DNA of 64,000 nucleotides from Yuukianura sp. NJ FZ-2021 (Eukaryota), in contig CM102283.1 in NCBI GenBank assembly GCA_046563655.1, forward strand, positions 2,108,001-2,172,000, written 5' to 3'. Shown piece after piece: positions 38,773 to 52,279 of this stretch. Position 1 is the first letter of the stretch. Each line of letters opens with the position of its first letter. Below the pieces are notes generated by a model. That model was not told the origin of the DNA and did not search any database. It saw only the letters and a program-made list of their open reading frames with translations. The position numbers and the translations under genes were made by a program.

Positions 38773-40141
38773 ATGAGTGAGACACGTTCGGAGTACAGGC
38801 TCAAAGGACCACCAGCAGATGCTATTTCTGGAATTAAATTTTCACCAATTAGTTCACAATACTTGTTAGCCTCTTCTTGGGATTGCACCGTTCGTCTCTA
38901 CGACATCATCAACAATGTTGTCAAGCACCAGTACAAGTACAGCGCCTATCCGGTCCTGGATTGTGTTCTTCAGGTAATGTCAGGTTTCAATGCAAGTCCT
39001 AACCTGGATCCATAAAAATGTGATCTAAACGTTTGAAATTTTTTAATTTCAGAATTCAAACACATGCTTCAGCGGAGGAATGGACAAGGCCGTGATTTCT
39101 TACGACTTTACAGCGCAAACTCGTAAAGGAAACAATCATTTTAGTATTTTTATTCATAAATTGAACTACGGCATTTCAAAATTATATTTTGTGTTTGTTA
39201 CAGCTACTGTGTTGGGTTATCATGAAGCTACCATTCGCTGCGTCGAATTTTCAGCTGAGAGAACGTTGGTTGTCACAGGGAGTTGGGATTCCACCGTGAG
39301 CGTATGGGATCCTAGGATACAGGGGACATCGGTTGGAACTTTTCAAGCTGAGAATAAGGCAAGTTGTGCTAAGTTTCTTCAACTAATCGTAAGTAATTGT
39401 CAATGGGTGAGTCAATTTGCTTTTACAGGTTTATACCATGAGTTTGAAAGAAGAATTACTTGTGGTTGGGACATCAGAGCGAAAAATTATAGTTTGGGAC
39501 GTACGGAATATGGCTATTCCACTTCAAAAACGAGATTCACTGCTCAAGTATCAGACGAGATGCCTTCGCGTGTTTCCAAATAAGCAGGGCTACGTTTTGG
39601 GCAGTATCGAAGGACGCGTTTCGGTAGAATATTTGGATCCAAATCCAGAAGTCCAGAAACGAAAATATGCCTTTAAGTGTCATCGTACTAAGGAAGGTGG
39701 AGTGGAGTGCATCTATCCTGTCAACGCCATTAGGTCAGTCAAAACCTTCAAAATTCCACAATTTTTCTCTTCATCTTAACACCGCATTCCTGTTTTTAGT
39801 TTTCATGAGGAGGAAAGTACATTTGCAACAGGAGGATCCGATGGATTTGTAAACATCTGGGACGGATTTAACAAGAAACGTCTCTGTCAATTCCACCGCT
39901 ACCCCTCCGGTATTACTTCGCTTGCCTTCAGTCCTTCGGGTAACGATTAATCGGTTCACCAACGACAACATCAGCAAATCCACTTTTGATTATCAACACG
40001 TTGCAATTTACCTTCTTTGTAGGAAATATTTTGGCAATTGCTTGCTCATATCTGGGAGAACTCGATGAGCATCCCACACCGCTCCCCGAAGATGCCATTT
40101 TCATTCGAAACGTAACCGATCAGGAGACAAAGCCTAAATAA
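38773..40141 (+). CDS. Bub3: Mitotic checkpoint WD40 protein Bub3
   Basis: PPADAISGIKFSP..LLASSWDCTVRLYD, LKYQTRCLRVFPNKQGYVLGSIEGRV, KYAFKCHR, IYPVNAI, FATGGSDGFVNIWDGFNKKRLCQFHRY, C-terminal RNVTDQETKPK. Confidence 0.97.
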
Positions 40142-40495
40142 GCAACAACGCTGAACGAACGGACCCATTCGGCTGACAATGTCACGGCGACATTGTCACC
40201 TCGGAGTGCCCTGAAATCGTAAAACTGTGCGTGTCAGCTTTTGAGTACGAAGGAACTGGCTATGTATTGTCGTCTTCAGATTCTCAGCGGTATTGTAAAT
40301 GTGCAAATCCTAAGGTATATTAATTGTAATCTAAATGTAAACTAAATACGTGATTTTGATTATGACTTTTTAAAAACGCTTTGCTTAAAAACATAACTTC
40401 AGTTTTCAAAATTCGGAAAAAATGTTTGGTATTTCTGAAATCAATGTTTACTTTATCTTAAAATTAGAATCAAATTAAATCGGACGCTCGAACAC

Positions 40496-41248
40496 GGTTG
40501 AAGTAAACTTGGGTCGCGCGCCTGTCCCCACCCGTTCAAATTTTCGCGCTGCTTCCATTGTCCCCACCCAGTGTCCCCACTTGGTGGGGACAAATGTGTC
40601 CCCACCAGCCTTAAACAACGACTCCCTCTAGCGGTTGGTGTGGAAGTAACTAATTCGAGCTGGCAACGTTGTAGTGTTGCTTTAATGTAAAAAACCCGCT
40701 GTAGAAAAGCCCACTAGGGACTAGGGAACGTGTAATCACTATGGCGAGACTTTCAGTCAGCCAAGCCTACAGACGTAATCAGTATTGCGTGCTTTACCAA
40801 ACCTAACACCGCGCCTTCGGCGCGGAAACTGCAATGAAACTTCTTCGTGCAGCTTCAGCCCAAAATTTCTTGGTACATTGCAGTTTCCGCGCCGAAGGCG
40901 CGGCGTTAGGTTTGGTTAAGCACGCAATAGTGACTAGTTCTGTAGGCTACTCGCTGACTACTGTTGTCCTACAATAGTGATTTTGCCTGTAGATTTTTCG
41001 GACTCTCACTCACTATATTTATTACCTGTGTCATGGGTGGGGGCACTGGAGCAACGTTGCCAGCTCGAATTCGCTAGTTCCACTCCAGCCGCTAGGGGGA
41101 GTCGGTGTAAGGCTGGTGGGTACACATTTGTCCCCACCAAGTGGAGACAAATGTCCCCACTTGGTGGGGACACTGGGTGGGGACAATGGAAGCAGCGCGA
41201 AAATTTGAACGGGTGGGGACAGGCGCGCGGCCCAAGTTTACTTCAACC
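40496..41248. mobile_element. Long-TIR non-autonomous DNA transposon (Merlin- or Mutator-like) with perfect TSD
   Basis: ~175-195 bp TIRs GGTTGAAGTAAACTTGGG... / ...CCCAAGTTTACTTCAACC; TSD tcgaacac at 40488-40495 and 41249-41256. Confidence 0.9.
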
Positions 41249-42186
41249 TCGAACACGAAACATTTCGGGACAGCTTCGACGCCCAAACAGTAAGCAAAGA
41301 AAACTCACACTTTAAAAGAATCCAAAATGCGTTTTCTTTTCCTGCTTAGTTCGCATGCAATAGCAAATCACGAGAGGACGCTTCCAAAGAAGCCCCTGCT
41401 CTCCGCTCAATGTTCAAAACCAAAAGTTTCCAGATTCCTGGAAAAGCGAATTGACTTGAGGGAGAGTAGAAGGAAACTTTGAGTTTTTAAGGTTATTGAA
41501 GACGGGTCGATAAAATGTTAGGAATGTCATGCTCACATGCACCCCGCACTCAACAGCATTATAGTCAGTCCCCTTCCAGAATCCTGGAAAGCCTTTATGA
41601 CATAAGACTAAGACAGTGAAAGCACCAGGTTTCCGTCGTCGTCGTCCTGGGAGCAACTTTCTTTTAACCTAAACCTGTTCAAAATCACGCCTTTTACGTA
41701 ACCTCAACGTCATCTCCCGGTGTCACGGTGGCCAGCAGTTCCAGAAGAAGCCTTTTCGGTGCACTTCCAGCGGTGGGTGTACAATTGATTAGACAAATAT
41801 TGAAACAGAGTTGGTTTAGACTGCAGTGCGCTGGAAACGGACAGATTGATCACCGTTGGTTAGACAAGAGATACAGTTGGAACTTCTGGAAGGCTTCTTT
41901 CTGGAATAAACTTGAACAAAGGTAAGTTAAGCTTAAAATCCTCAACAAAAGAAAAGTTTGGCTATGCATTTTTCTTTTGTTAAAAGTTTTTATTCGTTTT
42001 GAAAAGAAAACGAAACTTGACACTTGGGGGAATAAAGTTAACTAGAAGCTCTGGAACTAAAATTTTCAAAATAGAGTAAATGTGGCGTAATTTGGGAAGT
42101 GCAAAGTAAAACTCACAAAATAAGGTTGACCGTGACCTTGACCAAGGTTATCGAAGGATAAAAACTGTCAATTGATAATTCATTTT

Positions 42187-43048
<862 letters not shown>

Positions 43049-44024
43049 TTTTAGGCTAAAAAGTAGAAAGTGACTACAACGTTTTAAATCAAAATCTCAA
43101 CGTATTTTTTTAACCTAGAATGACCTTGAGATTTATCGGAAATACCTAACGATTAATTACCATTTTTCTTTACCTTAGATAAATTAATCAAATCACAAAC
43201 ACAAAGAAACAACAACGAAAACAGCTGATTAACTTCAAGCTGGCACTTTTTGACAGCTTTGAGATGAATTGAGCGCCTTTCATATGAGATTCCACTTTTT
43301 GTCCGTAAGGTGCCAGTATAAAAGTTGGTGTTTATGAACACGAATTTCGGCGTCTTGTCGTTACCGTAAAGTTCCAACGTTCACAGATTAATTGCATTAC
43401 TAAAAATGCAATGCAACTCATATGATCTACCGTAATTTTAGAAATAGATTAGTCAAAATCATAACTCCGGTCATAAAAAAAAAGCCAACTCCAAACTTTA
43501 ACAAAATTTTTTCATTGGTCGTATAAACTTCGTCGCACAAAATGTTTTGCAGTAAATTACCGTAATATTTCTGATTTGATCCCATAACTAGGAAATCTGT
43601 CGTAAGGAATAGTTTCTCCAGTAATAAAATTTTGTCCAGAATTGTCAAAATTTCGAATTTTGTCAAATTTTTGCCTATTATGGCAGAAACTGCAGTTGGC
43701 GACAAGGTGTTAGTCCCATGAGTCACAGTCGACTGCCCAATTCTTTTAGTATGCTATCGACTTGTTCCTGTTTTTTTTTATTCTGAGAGTGGATCCCAAG
43801 GTTTTTCGGCGGATGATGTCAATGGACTTTTTTCTTTTGTGTCCGTCCGTACACTTTTTTTTAGTGCCCGGCCGTATATGTTCGTTCCCAAGAATTTCCA
43901 AAGCACCACAAGCACAACCACAACAGTAGTTCCTTCATTCCACTTTCATCCGTCTCCACATCCGTACACGCCTTTTTCAAAATTTTGAAAGTTTTGTTCA
44001 ATTTGTGAACAGAATCGAGATTCC

Positions 44025-46591
44025 ATGGACATGATCGACCCCGATCTTCTGGACTTTGACGGAAGTTCTTCCCGGGAAAAAACGACACAGTGGTTGGAAA
44101 GCGTTTTACAAACGTATTTTACATTTATAAGAAGAAATGGCAAATCGGAGGCCGAGAGAAACGAAATTCCATTGGCCAGGGTCGTCGTCACGGATTTTGA
44201 CATTGGACCGGGATACGCCGCGGACAGTCGATTGTCAACCTTGAGCGATTTACTGGCCATTAAGGTTTGTTTCAAGGTAAGCCTAACTAAAACTTAACAC
44301 TAAACATAGCTTGCTTAAGTTAATTGACTTAGTTAAATTATAATTACTAATTAGTTAATTGACTTTGGTTAGCTTGATGAAGAACCGGAGGAGAAGACTG
44401 AAAACCTCGTTGTGAAAATCCCGCCAAACGACTTGGCTGACCGAGAAATGGCTCACATGGCTCAAGTGGACAAGCGTGAAATACATTTCTACACGGAGGC
44501 GTTGGTTCAAATGGAGGTGAGCGCATGCGTGAGGAAAATTTAAAAAAAAAATTGATTTTTTGAATTTTGTTTTTCACAGGCTTTCATAGCTGAGCGCCAA
44601 GCCGAAGTGAGTCTCAACGTTCCCAAATGTTACTTTGCAAAGTACCACAAGCAGAGTTCGAGCGAAACCGAAAATTTGGCGGGTTTCGGTGAAGCCGAAT
44701 CGGTTTTAGTTTTGCAAGACATTCGGCCCCAAGGATATTCCATGCGGGACTGTACCGTTGGACTTACTATTGAAGAGACAAAGGTAACTTTGTGCTTTCT
44801 ATCTGTTTGTCTGTCTGTCCGTCTGTCTGTCTGCCTGTTTTTTCCGTTGTTCTGTCTGTCGATTTGTCTGTCTGTCTGTCTGTCCATCCATCTGTTTGTC
44901 AGTCATTTAAAAAAATTGTTTTCCCGCCGTTTTTTCAAGGCTGCCCTTCGAGAAATTGCGACGTTCCATGCCGTGTCCTGGGGAATGCAACAAGTCCTTG
45001 GAGTTCAACTGCACGAGAAATGGAACTTTTCCTATCGGCCTCGGAAAGCAGCATCGGCCTACAAGGTTGGCCTTTGACCTTGTCAATTTAGGTCAATTGA
45101 TGTAAATTTTGATTAATCGAAGATTGTTAACTTTAGATGTTAGTGGAACAAGGATTTCCGACTCTGGCTGGATTTCTGGAGAAACAAGAACCAGACGGAG
45201 CAGATTTACTGCACAGACTCAAAACTTTACATCCCAAGGCGGCTGACCTTTTGTGTGACCTTCTGGAACCTCCACCTCCTCCAGCTCCCTCCTGTCTCAC
45301 ACATATGGTATAACTTATGCATATAGTATAATGTAACCTAATCATATAATGCAACTTAGCACATGTATTTATGACCATGTGACCTTAGGATTACTGGTGC
45401 AATAACCTTCTCTTTCGGTCTAACACTGACACGGGGTCGGACAACGGAAATGTGGACGAAGGTCACGAGGTCAACGACGTCCTCACGGAGTGTCAAATTG
45501 TGGATTGGCAGATGATGACCATAAGTCGGCCAACCCACGATGTCGCCCTGCTTCTGTTCACTTCCCTCACTCCAGAACTACGCCAAGAGCATACCACCAC
45601 TTTACTAACATATTATTGGACAGCATTCCAGGTAACTTGTGGAGTTGCACCGTCCTTTTTTAACATTCCATATATATTTTCTTATTATTTAGAGGCGCAA
45701 AACATATTTTCTTACATATTACATATTTTTGTATTTTAAAAATATTTTTGTTAAAAAAAAATATAAAAAATATTTAGCACAATATTCTAAGACTTTGCCA
45801 AAAAAAAAGTTGCATTTTTGCAAATTTTATACTACATATTTGTCATGCACAAACCGTTTATCAAAGGTCCATGAGTGTTGGGATAATTTTTTTTATGTAA
45901 TTTTCAAAAATAGTCACAACATAGTCACAACATAGCCACAACATAGTCTCAACATAGTCACAACATAGTCACAACATAGTCACAACATAGCCACGACATA
46001 GCCACAACTTAGCCACAACATAACCGCAACATTGCCACAACATAGCCACAACATAGTCACAACATAGCCACCACATTGTCACAACATAGCCACAATATAG
46101 CCACAACATAGCCACAACATAGTCTCAACATAATCACAACATAGCCACAACATAGTCACAACATAGCCACAACATAGCCACAACATAGTCACAACATAGC
46201 CACAACATAGCCACAACATAGTCACGGATTAATTAGACGATTTTAAAATGGACAAGCGCAGGTCCATATCTTTCGATACTTCTATGCATTCGTTGTTTAA
46301 ACGATAAAAAAAATTAATCAAACACGTTGAAAAACTAAATTAATGAAACGTATTTTCTTGAATTTGAAATGCTAACCTGAATTTCTTTTTTTTTTTTTGC
46401 AGGAAACTGCACAGCGCCTGCGAATCGACATTCCGTTTGACTACGCATGTGTAGAATCTGAATTCAAGAAAAGTCAACTGCTGGCTCTCCTCCTTGTAAT
46501 TGGATCCATCGATTTAGTTCTGGACGCAGAAGCAACTGAAGCAAGACTCATGAGTGCCCTTCGTGATATTGCAAGGGAAGGGCTCTTCTAA
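44025..46591 (+). CDS. Ecdysteroid kinase-like (EcKL / CHK domain) protein
   Basis: LVVKIPP, REIHFY, VPKCYFA, VLVLQDI, ALREIATFHA; spliced Brenner-type motif THMDYWCNNLLF; IVDWQM, PTHDVALLLFTS, LLTYYW. Confidence 0.85.
44800..44900. repeat. Degenerate (CTGT)n microsatellite in an EcKL intron
   Basis: Repeated ctgt/ctgtc units. Confidence 0.85.
45909..46225. repeat. 11-bp minisatellite (ACATAGYCACA)n, ~28-29 copies
   Basis: Direct tandem copies acatagtcaca/acatagccaca in the last EcKL intron. Confidence 0.95.
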
Positions 46592-47489
46592 AACTAAGAA
46601 TTCCAGGAATCTCCTCAGGGCAAGGTCAAAGGTCTATGCAAAAAGCTTCCAGTTTCCAACGGTCCTGTTATAATCAACAAAAATGTTCAATTTAAGTTAA
46701 CTTTGTTTTTAGCAAACTTTCCATCATGTATAACAAAAACAGTATTAGACAGATTGTTACCTTTGTTTAGAAATTTAGAACAAAAAAAAAGTTTTTAGAA
46801 CAAGCATATTCTTCCAAATTTTGCTCAGCCAGTAGAACTTTGGTAAGAAATGGAAATCAAGCGCCTAAAACTTGAATAAAACCGATGTGTTTTTCCCCTT
46901 CAAAAAATTTCCTGATTTCAAACTTCAAAAAAATTGAAAAATGTTCAAAAAAAAAACAAGCAAACAAACAGTAGTTTTTGTTTAAAATTTGCCGCTGCTT
47001 TCTTTTATTTTTAGGCTTCCCGCAGCCTACTTATGTAAAAAGCAAACATGAAAAAGTATCAAATGTCAAATATGGAAATTCAGGTATGAATTCTCGAAAA
47101 TTTTAAAAATCTGACAAACTCTCAAAGTTTTCCTTACTTTAACTTTTCAAGTAAAACCTAAACTTTGTCCCCTCAACTAATTATTTACAAAATTAAAACA
47201 ACTTAACTAAATCAATTAAGTTAATAATCACAACATTTCGGAGTGAACCAGTCATGCGCTAATTACAAATCGTAATTAATACCCTGAACACAATGTTTCT
47301 AACATTTTAAGGCACAATGAGTGTAGTAACTGTGTAAGAAAAGTATCAGTCTAACTTTTCCAGTTGCGTAATAACATGCGGAATAAGCAACTTTCAGTTT
47401 AGCAGGTACAATACTTTGAAATATCTAAATCAACGCTAATTATCTGATTAATTAACACTTAATCTTTTGACTTTGTTGAAATTGTCATC

Positions 47490-50039
47490 TTATGATGGGA
47501 TTTGATTTGTGGCCATTGCCATTGGCCATGTCGTGAGTGGACCAGGAGATACTTGGATATGTGCTAAAAGTTCCTTCAGGATCACAAACTGTCTTTTGAA
47601 TTCCAGTCCGTCGCCACGAGAAAGTCGAAAGTCCAGCAACCGAAGTCCAGTGCCCATTTCAATGACGGAGGCCTTGTACACCAATTTGTTTTTACGTCGA
47701 TCCGTAGAGAAGATGGTAATCTAAAAACATAAACGTCGTAAAATTTCAGAAAAAAGAAGAAAAGTTATGATTTTGTCAACTTACAACCAAAACAGGTTTT
47801 GTTTGAATCTTCCATGTGAAGCCCATCTCGTCCACTGCCTGAGTCACACTCTTGATGGTATTGTCCAAACTTGTGGTGACAAAAAACCGTGTCATGCGTT
47901 TGACCCACCGTTGTATCGGTGGACTGCTTTTGGTTGGAGTCGTGACAAGTTGAGATCCCAGGAAGAACGCATCTGAAGTTCCAACAGGTTGAGAGAAACT
48001 GAACGCACATTTTTCGTCCAAGTCGGCGTTTGACACAAGATCGTTCAGTGATTCATCGGCTTCCGGATCTATCGGATCCCCTGTTGACATCAATCGATTA
48101 ATCGTTAATTGAATGAGTCAACTACAACTTCCTTCAGTCCAATTCAAAAAAATCTTAGTTTTTCCTTACCTCCGAAGCATCTTGGTTCAGGTTGAGAATA
48201 GCACAGCCTTGTTATCGAATCCTCCAGAAGAGAATTGGCCAAACTCAGACCTGACGCCATTTTCTTCTTTTTCGGACACGAGTTGATGGCACCACAAGCT
48301 GAAAAAAAGTGAAAACCAAAATTTTGAAAAAGCTTTCAACAAAATACATAAAAAAAATTTATATAAAACAATAAAACATTAGCAAAGCAACAAAAAAAAA
48401 TTATAATATGTTGGCCGTGAGGATGTACTGCTTAGCAGTTTAAAGTTAAAACCGTAATGATTGTAAAGCTATCCAATGTTAGGTTATGGTTATGTATTTG
48501 TTAACTTTAATGATGTTAGCATTAATTTCGACTTTTTATTGTCAACACAGCCCATTCCTTTTAGAATGTACGATTCATCCACCGATTTTAAACCAATTAA
48601 TACCAAAAATTTGATGATTCGGCTCAAAATCTGTGGCCCAGCTACAACTGTGCTCAGATGAATCCAATACAATCTGAGTCACAGAAGTACCTGACCACAA
48701 GTTGAGCAAATACGAGTGACGAGTGAGTCCAAAATGCAGAGTAGTCAAGCAGTCCAAACAAGTTATAGCGTATTTACAAGTATACCGTACAGGATTAATT
48801 AGATTTACATTAATCGAGATAAGCAACAGGGAGAGTAGAAATGAATTGAAGTTGTTGATATTCTTCCACTTACAGCCTGCGGGACGCTTATTCATCCAAC
48901 TATGGGACAAAATTTGTGGAATCGTAATTCTCTTTGACGCTACTGGGCACAGGATTCTCTTCATAAAATTCAGTGCAGTGAGATCCAGTTTCGTCCAAGG
49001 CATGTCATAACATTGACCTTCCTTCCACGTTTTGTATGCCGGACAGTCAACTGTCGGACGATCCCAAGGTAATTCTGCAAATAAGAAGTCAAGATTTTTC
49101 AGAAATTGAAAAAAGGTTTTTTTTTATAACTTAAAAAGTTGTTGCCTCGAACAGTGTTGGCACTCACCTCCGCAAAGAAGTGCAACCAGAACGACTCCAC
49201 AAGACCAAATGTCTGCCGGACAAGCTTTGTACGGTCGAGCGAGAACTTCCGGAGCAACGTAGGGCAGAGTTCCGCATTTCTTTTCCAGGAGACGCTCAAC
49301 GCCTCGGGAACGAAAGACAGTGGCAAACCCAAAGTCGCTTAGCTTGATTTGACCTTCAGCGTTTAACAAAATATTTTCTGGTTTGACATCCCTGGAACCA
49401 AGAAAATTTTAAAGTTAATTATAACTGGTTTTAGTTCAATTAATTCAATTACTTTGGTCTCTCAGTCTTACCTGTGTGTAACTCCTACTCCATGTAAATA
49501 TTCTACAGCGGAAATAATTTGACGAAAGTATGACTGAGCTACTACCGTTGACATGCCTATATCAGGTTCTAGGAACGAAAAAATAAAACATATTGATTAC
49601 TTTTTCTGAGAATGAATTGAAACTGGGAACACATGTAAACATACATGTTAAAATAGAAACTAACCAATGAGATCATACAATTCTCCGCCTTTACAGTATT
49701 CTAGGAACAGGTACTCAACGTTTTTGTCACGTCGACTTCCATAGAATCGGACTATGTTTTCATGATTCAACATTTTGTGGATTTGAACCTCCTTCGTCAC
49801 AATTTCTTCAGCTTCAGGATGGTCACGAAAGTTGACAGCTTTTAGAGCAACTTCATCCTTTGTCCTCCGATTTACCAATAGTTTGACACTGCAAATATAA
49901 ATAAAAATGTAAACAATGGAAATTTTTTTGAAATTCCAGCTAAACTATAAAGAAAGATTGTACGATAATCTACTTACTCTCCGAACGCTCCTTCTCCTAA
50001 CGTGTCTTCAATGAACCAATCTTCGACAAATTCAACCAT
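47490..50039 (-). CDS. Chk1: Serine/threonine checkpoint kinase Chk1 (grapes)
   Basis: MVEFVEDW...[46 protein letters not shown]...[19 protein letters not shown] motifs FSFSQP; KA1 tail [24 protein letters not shown]. Confidence 0.97.
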
Positions 50040-52092
50040 TCTCCTTCTGGTAATCTGAAACAAATGAAAAAAATGATGAGAACGCAATCGTAAATGTTGA
50101 GTTTAAAAAAAGTAATTAGTTTTCGATAATGTCTGACTCAGTTTTGGTCATTAACTTTTGAGGACGAGGACATGGTTCGATGATTGTTGACAAATTCGTG
50201 TCAAATGACTATAATTAAGTTTATTTTGCTAAGTTTTAAATTTTTTCGCTGTATCGAGTTCCATTATTAAAAAAAATCAATTGTTGACGCGCTTTGTTTG
50301 GGTGGTACGATACAACTGATTCAATGTAGTAATTAAGACTGTTTACTGTATCGGGCCGAGTTGAGTTGCTATAAGAGAAGTTCTTCTGTATTGCTTTTTA
50401 TATGGAAGTTGAACCGGAACGCAAACGCAGAGAACTCGGTTTATTCCAATTCCATGCAGAGAACAATGACTGACAGCCATTAAGACCAGTGGAGACGTGA
50501 CTAGCTCCAGTTTCAAAGAATTGCTATAAAGCAACACTTTAGAAGGAATTGTAAACACGATGAATTGAGTTTTAGAGTTTAGCAGGAAGTAGCCAGGAAA
50601 TGTGCTATCATCATCATTACATGAACCGATGCGATTCAAGTTCCATTCTGGATCCAACCCCTTCCTTCTTCCATCCCCTCTATTGATCCACCGAACATTA
50701 TCGTGAGCCCTATCACTAAAAAAAACCTGTCACCCTCCTAACTGCTCGCTCCCTGGGCTTATTAAGCTGCTCAGTATTAAATGCTGCAAGCATCAACGGA
50801 TCCATCTTCCAAAAGCAGCTCTCCGGAGTCACCCTTCCCAAAAATCCTAAGTATTCGTGCATCCCGTTGTTCGGAGTCACGGACAGACCGAATTGGAGAA
50901 GGAAGAAGGGGGAAAAACCCGTGAGTCATTCCCCAGTCTTTTCAGATGATCCGAGACAGGGGGAATTCACCCTCACTTCGATTCGATCTTCTTCCTTCCT
51001 TGTGTTGTTCATTTTCTCCCCTAACGTCAGGAAACTTTGAAAAAAATGGTTGGTTCCCCCTTCTGTCTGGCCCAGGGGTTCCGCCCTCCCTTCTGGAACT
51101 GGCTATTCATCTTCTTCCCCTAGCAGCCCTTCCCAAAGTCCAAAAAAAGCCATGGAGACACGAACACAAGAATCCATCTTTAAAGATTCAGCCAAAGCCC
51201 AAGGGAGTCGTCCGTCCAGATCTACCTTGTCTCTAAACGATAACTACGAAGACGATGATCATATGATAACAACAGATGACTACCAAAGGAAACGTAATCG
51301 TAAAGTTACATTACCGGAGATCCAGATCCAACGTAGTAAGCCTTTATGTACAGAGGAAGCAAGAAACGGAGACAAAGACGTGCCCGCCTTATCTTACTCC
51401 TGTCTACTTTTGTCCGGTTGACCTTTCATGTAACTTTCTGAACAAAGTATGACATGATACAGGGTGAAATTAGTATCAAAATGAACGTGAGTGTCTTACC
51501 TGTCGATTGATTGTAGTCTCCTGTCCCAGAGGCTGTTCCAACAGTAGTGTTAATTGAGTAAGTAATTGACAGTTGACGGAGCGATGTCCAGGAAGATGTG
51601 ATCACAAAGAGATGCAAAAGAGAAAGAATAGTAGAGACAGAGAGAGCGAATGGAGGGGGAAAAGAGACGCCGTTTCGACCCTTCACTGAGGCCAAGCCCA
51701 CTTTATTCTACTTGTCATATAAAATCTCAATGCTCCCCTGCAACACACTAGGTCAAAAATATGATAAGTCGACAATTCGCTGTGAACAAAATGCTTTTTA
51801 TTTTTTTAAGTTTTCAGTGTTTTTGTAACATTGTTTTCATTCTAAAACACTGGTTAAAAACACCGTTTAAATAAGTTTTATTGCAATTCAAATATTCCAG
51901 AATTCCTGAAATAAAAACGTAATTTTACTCATAAAAAACGTCGCTGGTCGCGGGAGAATTTCTTTTCCAAGCGTAGAGAAAATGGAGAGAAAACGACAAC
52001 GAAACGACAAACCGCGGGCACAATTTTCAACCACGGCGGAAGAGGGGGAGAATTCAGGGAAAATAAAAAGTTCTTTGTTTGCTGTGCACTTG

Positions 52093-52106
52093 GTTGCCAT
52101 GGCAAC
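52093..52106. promoter_or_regulatory. Perfect RFX X-box upstream of CDK20
   Basis: Palindrome GTTGCCATGGCAAC, ~175 bp upstream of the CDK20 ATG. Confidence 0.8.
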
Positions 52107-52279
52107 CGATTAATGATTTATGCTCCCCTTTGTTACTTTTGTCTAGTAAACTGTTTTCCTTGGATATTAAAAAAGTTTGAAGGTGAAGGACATTGACCCT
52201 GGGTTGGAGTTTGAATTTCAAACTTTGAAAAGTGGATTTCTCAAAATAAACTGCTTCGATTCTGTAAAGTTTGTGAACA

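Noticed and set aside
41300..41930. Possible exon ending at the donor aag|gtaagt (~41921)
   Set aside because: No sustained ORF or recognisable product.
51660..51760. Hammerhead ribozyme on the minus strand
   Set aside because: The GAAAC..GTC half is present but there is no CTGANGA core.
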